Positions 1-10,640 of a DNA stretch of 64,000 nt are shown piece by piece. Position 1 is the first letter of the stretch, and the number at the start of each line of letters is the position of its first letter. Below the pieces are notes generated by a model. It searched no databases. It was not told the origin of the DNA and worked only from the letters and a program-made list of their open reading frames with translations. Source of the stretch: Chiloscyllium plagiosum (taxonomy: Eukaryota); the NCBI RefSeq assembly GCF_004010195.1, contig NC_057718.1, positions 12,902,909 through 12,966,908 on the forward strand. The letters are read 5' to 3'. The position numbers were made by a program, and so were the translations under genes.

Positions 1-375
1 TGACAGGAATATACTTTCTCTGGATTCTTGTTATCTCATTTCTGAAGGCTTCCCATTTTCCAGCCATCCCTTTCCCTGCGAACATCTGCCTCCAATCAGC
101 TTTTGAAAGTTCTTGCCTAATACCGTCAAAATTGGCCTTTCTCCAATTTCGAACTTCAACTTTTAGATCTGGTCTATCCTTTTCCATCACTATTTTAAAA
201 CGTATAGAATTATGGTCGCTGGCCCCAAAGTGCTCCCCCACTGACACCTCAGTCACCTGCCCTGCCTTATTTCCCAAGAGTAGGTCAAGCTTTGCACCTT
301 CTCTAGTAGGTACATCCACATACTGAATCAGAAAATTGTCCTATACACACTTAAGAAATTCCTCGCCATCTAACC
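1..375 (-). mobile_element. CR1 fragment (endonuclease region); related copy at 15525-15960
   Basis: Recognisable CR1 APE-region sequence, similar between the two loci. Confidence 0.65.
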
Positions 376-388
376 CTTTAATACTACA

Positions 389-591
389 TGATTTGGAGAT
401 GCCGGTGTTGGACTGGGGTGTACAAAGTTAAAAATCACACAACACCAGGTTATAGTCCAACAGGTTTAATTGGAAGCACATTAGCTTTCGGAGCGACGCT
501 GAAGGAGCCTGATGAAGGAGCGTCGCTCCGAAAGCTAGTGTGCTTCCAATTAAACCTGTTGGACTATAACCTGGCATTGTGTGATTTTTAA
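389..591. mobile_element. Fold-back mini-PLE (family B) with 13-bp TSD ctttaatactaca
   Basis: Inverted arms around a CTGATGA-GGAGCGTCGCTCC-GAAAGCTA core. Direct repeat at 376-388 and 592-604. Confidence 0.75.
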
Positions 592-679
592 CTTTAATAC
601 TACAGTTATTGATCAGTTTTCATTGACTGCATTGAGTTTAGAACTATAATGTGTTTGCCTCCTCAGTTGCCTGTTGAAA

Positions 680-1330
680 ATTGTGAGATGTGCGGATTAA
701 AAGGAGCAGAGGGATCAGGTGCCTGGTGTATGTATCTCAAAATGTTAGTATGCAGGTACAGCAAGTAATTGGAAAAGCTGCTAGAATGTTAGCATTTAAT
801 GTGAGATGAGGGGAATACATAACTAGGGAAGTTATGTTTCAGTTTTACAGGACAGTATATGGTATGAATCACCTTATTTAAGAAAGATGTGTTGGAAGCT
901 GTTCAGAGAATATTCACCATGGAATTGTTGAGCTGCCTTATGAAGCTAAGCTCAGATCAGGTAGAGTTTTGAAAAGTAAAAGGCAACTTTATTGAAATGT
1001 ATAAGATCCAGAGAGGTCTTGTTAGGGTGAATGTGGTAAGATGGAGAAAGTGAGGACTGCAGATGCTGGAGATCAGAGCTGAAAAATGTGTTGCTGGAAA
1101 AGCGCAGCAGGTCAGGCAGCATCCAAGGAGCAGGAGAATCGACGTTTCGGGCATAAGCCCTTCTTCAGGAATCCAACGGCTTCCAACACATCCTTCTTAA
1201 ATAAGGTGATTCAGGAATGTGGCAAGATGTTTTCTTCTTATGGGAAAACCTAAAATGAGGGTTCTCTGTTTGAGAATCTGGGGTCACTCATTTAAGACAG
1301 AGCTGAGGCAAAACCTTACCTCTCAGGGAA
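680..1330 (+). mobile_element. CR1 3'-region fragment hosting a PLE insertion
   Basis: cagagggatcaggtg...gcaggtacagcaagtaattggaaaagc matches CR1 post-RT sequence seen elsewhere in the window. Confidence 0.6.
1045..1172 (-). mobile_element. PLE family A terminal repeat, single arm
   Basis: Matches the terminus of the 3340-4660 element. Hammerhead core on the minus strand. Confidence 0.8.
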
Positions 1331-2534
1331 ATGAAAGGGGAGTTCAAAAAGTACAAATAAAAAAGGAAAGGTTCAGTCTTTAGCTGCACGTGATGAGTAG
1401 ACTGTGAAATGTTGTGTCCATTAAGATTCTGGGAATGCTGACTTTGGCAGTTGTGTCATTGCTTGGAGCTTCTTGGTTCTGCAGTTACTTGAAAGAAATT
1501 TGCTTCAACAGTGGCTTTGCTGGCTTGACCTGTTGTCAGCAATTAGAGAGAGACACAGACAACTTCTAATGGAAATTGTCAGCACACTTTAGCACAGTGG
1601 AACTCAAACTTCAAACTCGCTGACTACCAAGCTGGCATTCAAAAACAAGGAATTATGGTTGGTTTTTACCCCAGTTTTATCTTTTCATGAAGGCGAAAGA
1701 ACACAAACATATCTTTCACCCAGAACTGCTTTACTTTCAACTCCTAGCATATCCACAGTCTGGGACACAACCACGCGAGATAGTTTTCTGCTGAGAGGGG
1801 CTAATCAGTCTTTCATTGTCTCTGTAGCCATTCTTCAGGTTCCATTGACACTCTTCAGGAGATAGACTTCATGGTTCCTCTCAGAACACAGCAATGTTCC
1901 AGATGACCACTGAAAATATATTCTCATCTGTGTTTTTGACTTGTATAGCTTTGATATGAAAAATACCACGTTGTACTTAACTAACTTAATTAAACATGAA
2001 TTATAAGCACAAATGATTCAGGGTTAAGATCCAAAGACATCACAGCATCAAGTGATGTCTGTCCCTGATTAAAGGGACATGGATCTAAGGTAGAGATCAG
2101 GCAGGAGTGAACTGAATAGTGGAGTATTCCTGACAGGCCAGGTGGCCTTTTCCTGTTCTTTGCTATTTACTCTTTTCATGAGGGTCGCTGGCAACCAACG
2201 TTTGTAACCACAAAACTGCTGAGAGTTTCCACATAAGGGGAGGTCACTGCCCCACTCAAACCTGGGAGGTTGCTGCAGAGGAGAAATAATAACTGGGGAA
2301 GCGTGGGGGAGGGACGTTGGAAATGCGATAGGTGGAGGGAGGTCAAGGTGAGGGTGATAGGCCGGAGTGGGGTGGGGGCGGAGAGGTCAGGAAGAAGATT
2401 GCAGGTTGCAGCGTACCTGTCAAGGATGGATTTGATGCCCATCCCTAATGCACTTAATCTGAGTGGCTTGCTAAGCCATTTCTGAGGGCAGTTACAAACC
2501 AACCACTTAGCAGTGGGTCTGGAGTCACACCTAG

Positions 2535-2720
2535 GAGAAAGTGAGGACTGCAGATTAGAGTCAAAATGTGGTGCTGGAAACGTACAGCAGATTAGGCAGC
2601 ATCCAAGGAGCAGGAGAATCGATGTTTCATGATGAAGGGCTTATACCTGAAACATCGATGCCCCTGCTCCTTGGATGCTGCCTGACCTTACTGTGCTTTT
2701 CCAGTGCCATACTTTGCGAC
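2535..2720. mobile_element. Fold-back mini-PLE family A
   Basis: Inverted arms. Flanking direct repeat tctggagtcaca at 2518-2529 and 2721-2732. Confidence 0.75.
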
Positions 2721-3339
2721 TCTGGAGTCACATATAGTCCAGGCCACGTAAGCATGCCAGGTTTACTTCCCTAAAGGGCATTAATGAAGCAGATGGACTT
2801 TTCTGACAATCGATGGTAGTTTCATGGTCACCATGACTGAGATTAGCTTTTAGTTCTAGGCTTCTCTTTAAATGACCTTAAATTCCACCAGCAGCTGTTG
2901 GTAAGGGAATTAGCCCATGCCAGGTCATTATCTTTCCTGTATGTAGCACGAAAAAGTTGTACCTTCATGTTGTGTGTGTGTTCCTACCAAGTGTAACCTG
3001 GAAATGTTTGAAGAGGAAAAATTGTAGAAGGTCAGTAGACAGGAGCTGAAAGATCATCCCAAGTTTGCTGGAGGTCCTGATGGGAGAATAATCACACAAA
3101 GCTGCCCAATCTCTGTACAGTCCACACAAAGTGGCCATCCATTTCTCTTTAATAACTTTTCCCTTTTATCCGAAGAGTGAGCAGGCCACATCCATGTTTC
3201 TGGGTTTGAGGATCAATGTGTAATAAAAACAGCACATTCAGAAACAATGCTAGCTTATTTTCATATGTTAACTTGGAAATGAGAAACTCAAGCAGTGGGT
3301 CAAGAATACAAACAAATCTGATTTTGAGGGAGGTAAGTA

Positions 3340-4660
3340 AAAACAATGACTGCAGATGCTGGAAACCAGAGTCTAGATTAGAGTGGTGCTGGAAAAGCAC
3401 AGCGGTTCAGGCAGCATCCGAGGAGCAGTAAAATCGACGTTTCGGGCAAAAGCCCTTCATCAGGAATACAGGCAGAGAGCCTGAAGGGTGGAGAGATAAG
3501 TGAGAGGAGGGTGGGGGTGGGGAGAAAGTAGCNNNNNNNNNNNNNNNNNNNNNNNNNNNNNNNNNNNNNNNNNNNNNNNNNNNNNNNNNNNNNNNNNNNN
3601 NNNNNNNNNNNNNNNNNNNNNNNNNNNNNNNNNNNNNNNNNNNNNNNNNNNNNNNNNNNNNNNNNNNNNNNNNNNNNNNNNNNNNNNNNNNNNNNNNNNN
3701 NNNTCTGGTGGTGAGGGAGCGGCGGTGAAGGAGGCCCAGGACCTCCATGTCCTCGGCAGAGTGGGAGGGGGAGTTGAAATGTTGGGCCACAGGGCGGTAT
3801 GGTTGATTGGTGCGGGTGTCCCAGAGAGGTTCCCTAAAGCGCTCTTCTAGGAGGCATCCAATGTCGAGGAGACCACACCGGGAGCAACGAATACAATAAA
3901 TGATATTAGTGGATGTGCAGGTAAAACTTTGATGGATGTGGAAGGCTCCTTTAGGGCCTTGGATGGAGGTGAGGGAGGAGGTGTTGGCGCACGTTTTGCA
4001 ATTCTTGCAGTGGCAGAGGAAAGTGCCAGGATGGGAGGGTGGGTTGTTGGGGGGCGTGGACCTGACCAGGTAGTCACGGAAGGTGGAAAGGGGTGGGGAG
4101 GGAAATATATCCCTGGTGGTGGGGTCCGTTTGGAGGTGGCGGAAATGTCGGTGGATGATTTGGTTTATGCGAAGGTTGGTAGGCTGGAAGGTGAGCACCA
4201 GGGGTGTCCTGTCCTTGTTACGGTTGAAGGGGTGGGGTCTGAGGGCAGAGGTGCGGGAGGTGGACGAGATGTGTTGGAGGGCATCTTTAACCACGTGGGA
4301 AGGGAAATTGCGGTCTCTAAAGAAGGAGGCCATCTGGTGTGTTCTGAGGTGGAACTGGTCCTCCTGGGAGCAGAGCAGAGGTGGAGGAATTGGGAATATG
4401 GGATGGCATTTTTGCAGGAGGTAGGGTGGGAAGAGGTGGGTTTGTAAAAAATGTCAGTGTCAAGTCGGTCGTCATTAATGGAGATGGAGAGGTCCAGGAA
4501 GGGGAGGGAGGTGTCAGAGATGGTCCAGGTAAATTTAAGGTCAGGGTGGAATGTGTTGGTGAAGTTGATGAATTGCTCAACCTCCTCGCGGGAGCACGAG
4601 GTGGCGCCAATGCAGTCATCAATGTAGTGGAGGAAGAGGTGAGGAGTGGTGCCAGTGTAA
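3340..4660 (-). mobile_element. Penelope-like element (family A) fragment: RT C-terminal part, GIY-YIG endonuclease and terminal repeat with hammerhead
   Basis: ORF pieces LHYIDDCIG...LPFLDLSI...FYKPT (PLE RT) and CKNCKTC...NIIYCIRCSRCGLLDIG...ERFRE (GIY-YIG). Interrupted by an N gap. Confidence 0.88.
3533..3703. other. Assembly gap
   Basis: Run of N. Confidence 1.
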
Positions 4661-5845
4661 TTATGGAAGATGGACAATTGAGGGAGAGCAACCAATAAAC
4701 AGTTACTAGTTTGTTTTGCAAAAAGACTCCAGCCCTTTTAATCAGTTTCAGGAGAATTGTAGCCTGTCTCCAATATGCTTTCTTATATGCACTTAGATCG
4801 AGTAGTTAAGAGGAGATGCTATGGGGAAATGCTGCTTTAATCTACAGCCAAATTCTACTGAAATCACAGAGGAATCAGCATTTTTGTGGCTTGGTTGCTC
4901 TAAACTGATTAGAGAATAATATTCAAAATGGATTTTTTGCTCTAATTGATCTGCAAAGGCCCTACAAACACAAATGATACATATGTTTCCCTAACTCGAG
5001 GCTGTATCCTAAGGGGGACAGTGTTTGGATTTTTGTGCACGATCAGATCCCATTAGTCCTTGGCTATGGTTTGAAATAGAGTTGGATACTCTCTCGACTC
5101 AGTGTTTTCCGCTTGACTCATTAACGCTCATTCCTTATCCAATTCTGCGGTCCCCAGTTTCAATTCCTCCACAACTGGCAACCATGCCATTAGCTTTCTG
5201 ACCCTTAAGCTTTGGAATTCTTTCTCTGTTCTTCTCTCTCTCTCTCCTCTTTAAAATGTGGCCTTTTGCCCTAACATCTCCTAATGTAGCTTTGTGTCAA
5301 ATTTTTATTATGGGACTTTTTATTATGTCAAAGATACTTAATGGATATGAGTTGTTGTCATCACAATGTTATTTTATAAACATTGCGATGGCATTTTCAT
5401 TGCACTAATCTGTTTTCTTTCAAATGCCGGGCACAGACCAGTGATGAACAGAGATGGATAAACATATGGAAGTGACAGACGTGCTCCTGAATCCAGAGGT
5501 ACAAGCTTGGCAACTGCTTCCATCTCATAATCAGGAGACAGGGAGTTTGAAATCTGATGGGAGTATCAGCAGGAAGATTGTGAGGCTGGAGAATGTTCTA
5601 CAGATAGTGAGGTCAGGATGGATGATGAAGTTTGAAATAGGGGTGGGAATTTAAAAATCGAGTCAGTGCTGCAAACAATTCAAGCATTATTGTAACTGTT
5701 TTCTTTCTGGATTTGTCAGCTTGTTTTTTTTTACACAAGTTACTGGTACAACTATGAAGCACCAAACTTTCTGTACAGTGGCCGCTTCCATCAGTTTTGA
5801 CTATATATAGGCACGTCAGTCCAAAACAGTATCAAATTTGGTTTG

Positions 5846-6100
5846 ATTAGATTCCCTACAGTGTGGAAACAGGCCCAACAAAACTCCAACTGACCCTCCA
5901 AAGAGTAACCCACTTCCTTCTGACTAATGCACCTAACACTATGGCCAATTCACCCGACTGGCACATATTTGGACTGTGAGAGGAAACCCACGCAGAACAC
6001 AAGGAGAATATGCAAACTCCACACAGACACCTGAGGCTAGAGTTGAACCTGGGACCCTGTTACTCTAAGGCAGCAGTGCTAGCCACTGAGCCACTGTGCT
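5846..6100 (-). mobile_element. HE1-like SINE
   Basis: Same family, diverged. Confidence 0.75.
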
Positions 6101-8309
6101 GCACCATGCAAATTGATTTCTCCCTCTGTTGTTTAACTGATATTAATTTGTTTGAGAGCAGAGTAAACCTTGCTTTCTGAACATTAAGAATTTTAACTGA
6201 AGAGTAAGCAGAGTAAACTGTATCCAAGTTTGTAGATCAGTGTAAAATGGATGACAGCAAGTTACCAGCCCTTTTCACATTTGCTGTAATTTCTGCCTGA
6301 CTTCATCTGATTTGATATCATCGAAACTACAATCCCTTCTGTTACTGTCTCTTGGGCACCCTCCACTAAGACCCAGTGATAGGTGATAGTGAACCCTTGT
6401 CCCAAAGTCAGCATTGACTCTGTGGTGGCCTTCCAATGGATCTGGGGGAGAGGCTGGCCACATGGTGTTCCTTTTCAGATCCCTTCTTCTTTGGAGTTTA
6501 GACAGTAACTTCCTAGCAGAGATCTGACAGCCACTTCGAGAGAGAGTTGAGCAAAACAGTTTGGGTGGACCAACAGTCTAATAGCCCCAGACTGATTGCA
6601 TAATTATTGTACCTCCCGCTGCAAGAGAATGTTGCAAGTTGCACACCGTCTTGTCTCCAGGTTGGTCCCTCGAAGAGCCACATACTAGACAGCTTGCTGC
6701 CCAGCAGATACATCGTACCCACCCACCTGCCCCCATTTCTGGTTGAAAGTTGCAATGGTAAATGGATCCCAATTTGTGATTGGAAGGAGCGAGACCCGCC
6801 TGAAAAGTGCGTGGTTCAGGTGTTAGGGGTTCAAGACTCACTTGCTGCTCACAGAATCACAGAATTACTATGGCTCCAAAGGAAGCCATTTGGCCAATCA
6901 TGTCTGCACTGGCTCATCAGATCAGCAATATGGTATTATGCCAATTTTCCACTTTCTCCCTGTACCCTTGCTCATAAGTAATCACCCAATGCACTCTTGA
7001 ATGCCTCAGTTGTTACTGTGTCATTTTCAACACCTTCAAGCCTGGTAAATAAAACAATCTGCAATTGGAAAACCATTGCCATAATATTTCAGGAAGGCTG
7101 AAGCCAAACTATGTGCGCCCGTGTCCTGCATACATTACAGAGAATTACAGATAACATACAGTTACAGGCCATTCAGCCCATTGGGTCCATGCCATCTCCA
7201 TACAGGTCTCCTCCCATCTCTTGGCCCCTCTTCATCCGGGACCATTTCTCAGTCCTGTCATTGAGTATCTCATACAGTCTTCAGGTCTATGGGCCTGGAT
7301 AGTTTATCAGCAAGTACTTGGCTGTTGAGCTGCTTCACACCAAGTGTGATCCCACCCTTGCCTCTCATTCATATGGGGGCGTACTTCCCAGGGTATGGCC
7401 ATGGGCAAGGCCTCTGGCAGGTTCAATTCCCAGCCTGGGGCTGCAGATAGTGATGGAGTCGGACATGGTCATCAATGGTGCTAACTGTCTGCATGTCAAC
7501 AAGAACCAGCCCTTTGCTGAGACAAAGCTCAACAGGGTAAATGCTGAGAGGGTGTCTGTCCTTGTAGGGGAAACTAAAACCTGGCAGCACAGCTTCAGAA
7601 TAAAGGGTCTTGCAGTTAAGATGGAATCAAGAAGGACTGAGGCAATACAATTGGTCGATTTTGTAAAATCCCATCTGGCTCACTAATGTCTTTTAGGGAA
7701 GGAAGTCTGCTGTCTGTATTCAATCTGGCCTAGATGTGACTCCAGACCCACAGCAACTTGGTTGACTCTTGACTGCCCTCTGGGCAAATAGGGGCCAGGC
7801 AATAAATGCTGACCTAGCCAGTGATTCTTACATCCCCAGAACAAATACAGAAAATAAACGGTCCTGGGCAGAGCAGTTGCCGTACCAGGCTGTTACGCAT
7901 CTGGACAGTACGCTTTCGATGGTGCAGCTGTAAAAGTTGGTGAAGGTCCTTACAGACATATATAATCTCCTGAGCTGCCTGAGGAAGAAGAGTCGTTGGT
8001 GTGCCTTCTTTTCTTTATAAATCCAGAGATTGATAAAGCTTTAAAAGGCTTTACCCCGGGGAGCAGTGGAGATATTGAATATATTCAAGGCTGAGTGAGA
8101 TTGATTGATTTGATTGATCTATTTATTGTCATATGTACTGAAGTACAGTGAAAAGCTTTATTTACAAGGGTACAAACAGATCATAGTAACCAAGGATGTA
8201 CAGATCATAGGGTGTAAAATAACTTAGACAGAGGCATCGCACAGGGCATGTGCTAGGCAAGATCAACTTATTTGAATGTTAGAGAGTCCATTCAAGCTGT
8301 TCTTGAATA

Positions 8310-8346
8310 TGTGTGTGTGTGTGCGTGTGTGTGTGTGTGTGTGTGT
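8310..8346. repeat. (TG)n microsatellite
   Basis: Directly visible. Confidence 0.95.
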
Positions 8347-8396
8347 TCAGGTTTCTGTATCTTCTGCCTGACGGAAGAGGTTGTAGGAGACCATTA

Positions 8397-8687
8397 GGGC
8401 GGCATGGTGGCACAGTGGTTAGCACTGCTGCCTCACAGCGCCAGAGACCCGGGTTCAATTCCCGCCTCAGGTGGCTGACTGTGTGGAGTTTGCACTTTGT
8501 CTGTGTGGGTTTCCTCCGGGTGCTCTGGTTTCCTCCCACAGTCCAAAAAAGTGTGCAGGTTAGGTGAATTGGCCATGCTAAATTGACCCTAGTGTCAGGT
8601 AAGGGGTATGGGTGGGTTGCGCTTCGGCGGGTTGGTGTGGACCTGTTGGGCCGAAGGGCCTGTTTCCACACTGTAACGTAATCTAAA
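8397..8687 (+). mobile_element. HE1-like tRNA-derived shark SINE
   Basis: A box tggcacagtggtt, B box ggttcaattcc, and CR1-like 3' tail gggccgaagggcctgtttccacactgta. Confidence 0.85.
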
Positions 8688-9227
8688 AAAAATTACCGGG
8701 GTGCAATGGGTCTTTGGTAATGTTGACAGCTTTTCTGCAGCAGCGAGCCGTGTAAATGGAGCCCATGGATGGAAGGTTGGCTTCTGTGATGGTCTGAGCT
8801 GTGCACACAACCTTCTGTAGTTTCTTACGATCCTGGGCAGAGCAGTTGCCGTACCAGGCTGTTACGCACCCAGACAGTACGCTTTTGATGTTGTGGCTGT
8901 AAAAGTTGGTGAGGGTCCTTACAGACATGCTGAATCCCCTGAGCTGCCTGAGGAAGAAGAGGCATTGTTGTGCTCTCTTTCCCGTCGCAACTACATGGCA
9001 AGTTCAGGACAGATTGTCAATTATTGAGGAACGTGATGCTCTCCACAGATTGATAAATCTTCTGCAGTTCTTTTTAGGTGTGAATTTACCAAACTAGCCA
9101 ATTTTACAGAGAGAGAGAGAGAAAGAAAGCGAGGCTAGAAGAATCTATAACACCTTCTATAAAGGCAGCACTTCAAGTGAAATTATGCTTATTTTCTGCA
9201 GTGAGGATGGAGTGAGGAAACAAAGTT

Positions 9228-9325
9228 TATATTTTATATGATGTATTTATTATATATTTATACATTATATATTTATCATATTATGTATTTATATTTTGTA
9301 TTATATTTTAAAATATTTATATTTT
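9228..9325. repeat. AT-rich low-complexity tract
   Basis: Directly visible. Confidence 0.9.
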
Positions 9326-9864
9326 ATCTCTCTCCACTCTCTCAACCTCAAATTGATGTAGATGAGAGTGTGTCCTTTCTTTCTGAAGTCAGTGATCAGT
9401 TCTTCAGAACAGATGGAGCTGTGATTGACAAGGGAATGAAGAGTTCTTGGGTTAGGGGGGAAAGTTGGGATCGAGATCACGGGCAGATCAGCCTCCTCCC
9501 ATTTCCCAATGTCTTGTGCATCTTAGAGAAGGTGTGTAGAATTACAGATAACCCAGGGTCCCATGTGATGACTTGGACGCGTTTTAATAGCTTTGCAGAA
9601 TATTTTTCATTTCTTTATTAGATAGATGTTTCTCTGTTTCTTTTATGTTTTGTCTCTCTTGAGATGTAATACCTGTGTCATTCAGGACTGAGATGAGGAA
9701 AGATTCCTTGATGGAGGGTGGGGAGCCTTTGGAATTCTCTACTACAGAAAGTGAGTTGGGGTCAGAACTTTGAATATTTTGAAGAAGGATGAGATATAGT
9801 TCTCAGTGGTAAAGAATTCAAAGGATTTGGGGAGAAAGTGGGAACAGGAGTCTGAGTTAGATCA

Positions 9865-10059
9865 GAGTAGAAAAATATCATGCTGGAAAAACACAGCAGG
9901 CCAGGCAGCATCCGAGGAACAGGAGAATCGACGTTTCAGGCTTAAGCTTATGCCCGAAACGTCGATTCTCCTGCTCCTCGGATGCTGCCTGGCCTGCTGT
10001 GATTTTCCAGCACGACATTTTTCAACTCTGGTACTCCAGCATCTGCAGTCCTCACTTTC
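9865..10059. mobile_element. Fold-back mini-PLE family A
   Basis: Inverted arms. 14-bp TSD tctgagttagatca at 9851-9864 and 10060-10073. Confidence 0.8.
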
Positions 10060-10349
10060 TCTGAGTTAGATCACCCATGACCATATTCAATGGGAGAGCA
10101 GGCTGGAAGGGCTGAATTGCCAACTCCTGCCCCTATCTTTCTAGGAGATGGTAAACTAAAGCCCCTGTCTATCCATTTACTTGGATGTAAAAATCCTCAC
10201 GGATCTATTTCCATAAAAGGATGGATGCACTCTCCCATGATCCGGCCTCCCATTAATCCCTCAAGCAGCCAACTGATTGCTGCAAGTGGGAGTTTGTTGT
10301 GCATAATTCAAGAGCCAGAGAATGTGGAGGCAATAGTAAACAAAAAATT

Positions 10350-10640
10350 ATTAATCCAGACACCCAGGTAATGTTCTGGGGGCCTGGGTTTGAATCCTGC
10401 CATGGCAGATGGTAGACTCTGAATTCAATAGCAATCTATAATTAAGAATCTGATGATGACAGGTGTTGATTGACAGGTGTGAACCTATCTTGTTCACTAA
10501 TTCCCTTTAGGGTAGCAAACTGGCCTTCACGTTACTCCAGCCCCACACCAATGTGGCTGACTCTCAACTGCCCTGTGGGTAATTAGGGATGGGTAATAAA
10601 TACTGGCCTACCCAGCGAGACCCACATCCTGTGAACAAAG
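10350..10640 (+). mobile_element. tRNA-headed SINE sharing both ends with the 39862-42860 LINE (other copies at 13900-14195, 7670-7840 and 2420-2900 minus)
   Basis: B-box-like gggtttgaatcc, shared core ttcactaat...gactctcaactgccct, and tail tagggatgggtaataaat. Confidence 0.7.

Larger units (their letters stand above)
8100..9020 (-). mobile_element. Rex1/Babar-type LINE 3' fragment (second partial copy at 7862-8010), interrupted by a SINE
   Basis: ORF TLTNFY...SVLSGCVTAWYGNCSAQDRKKLQKVV and LPSGRRYR. (TCAA)n tail at about 8100-8120. Confidence 0.75.

Noticed and set aside
3929..4698. Long plus-strand ORFs rich in G/V/E
   Set aside because: Antisense shadows of the PLE ORF.
6270..6840. Possible coding exon in unique sequence
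   Set aside because: Short ORFs with no recognisable protein similarity or consistent splice signals.
8397..8470. tRNA gene-like A/B boxes (also at other SINE heads)
   Set aside because: They continue into SINE body and tail, so they are not standalone tRNA genes.
7862..8980. 150-bp direct repeat as a segmental duplication or LTR pair
   Set aside because: Both copies are the same region of a Rex-Babar LINE, with no private junction shared.
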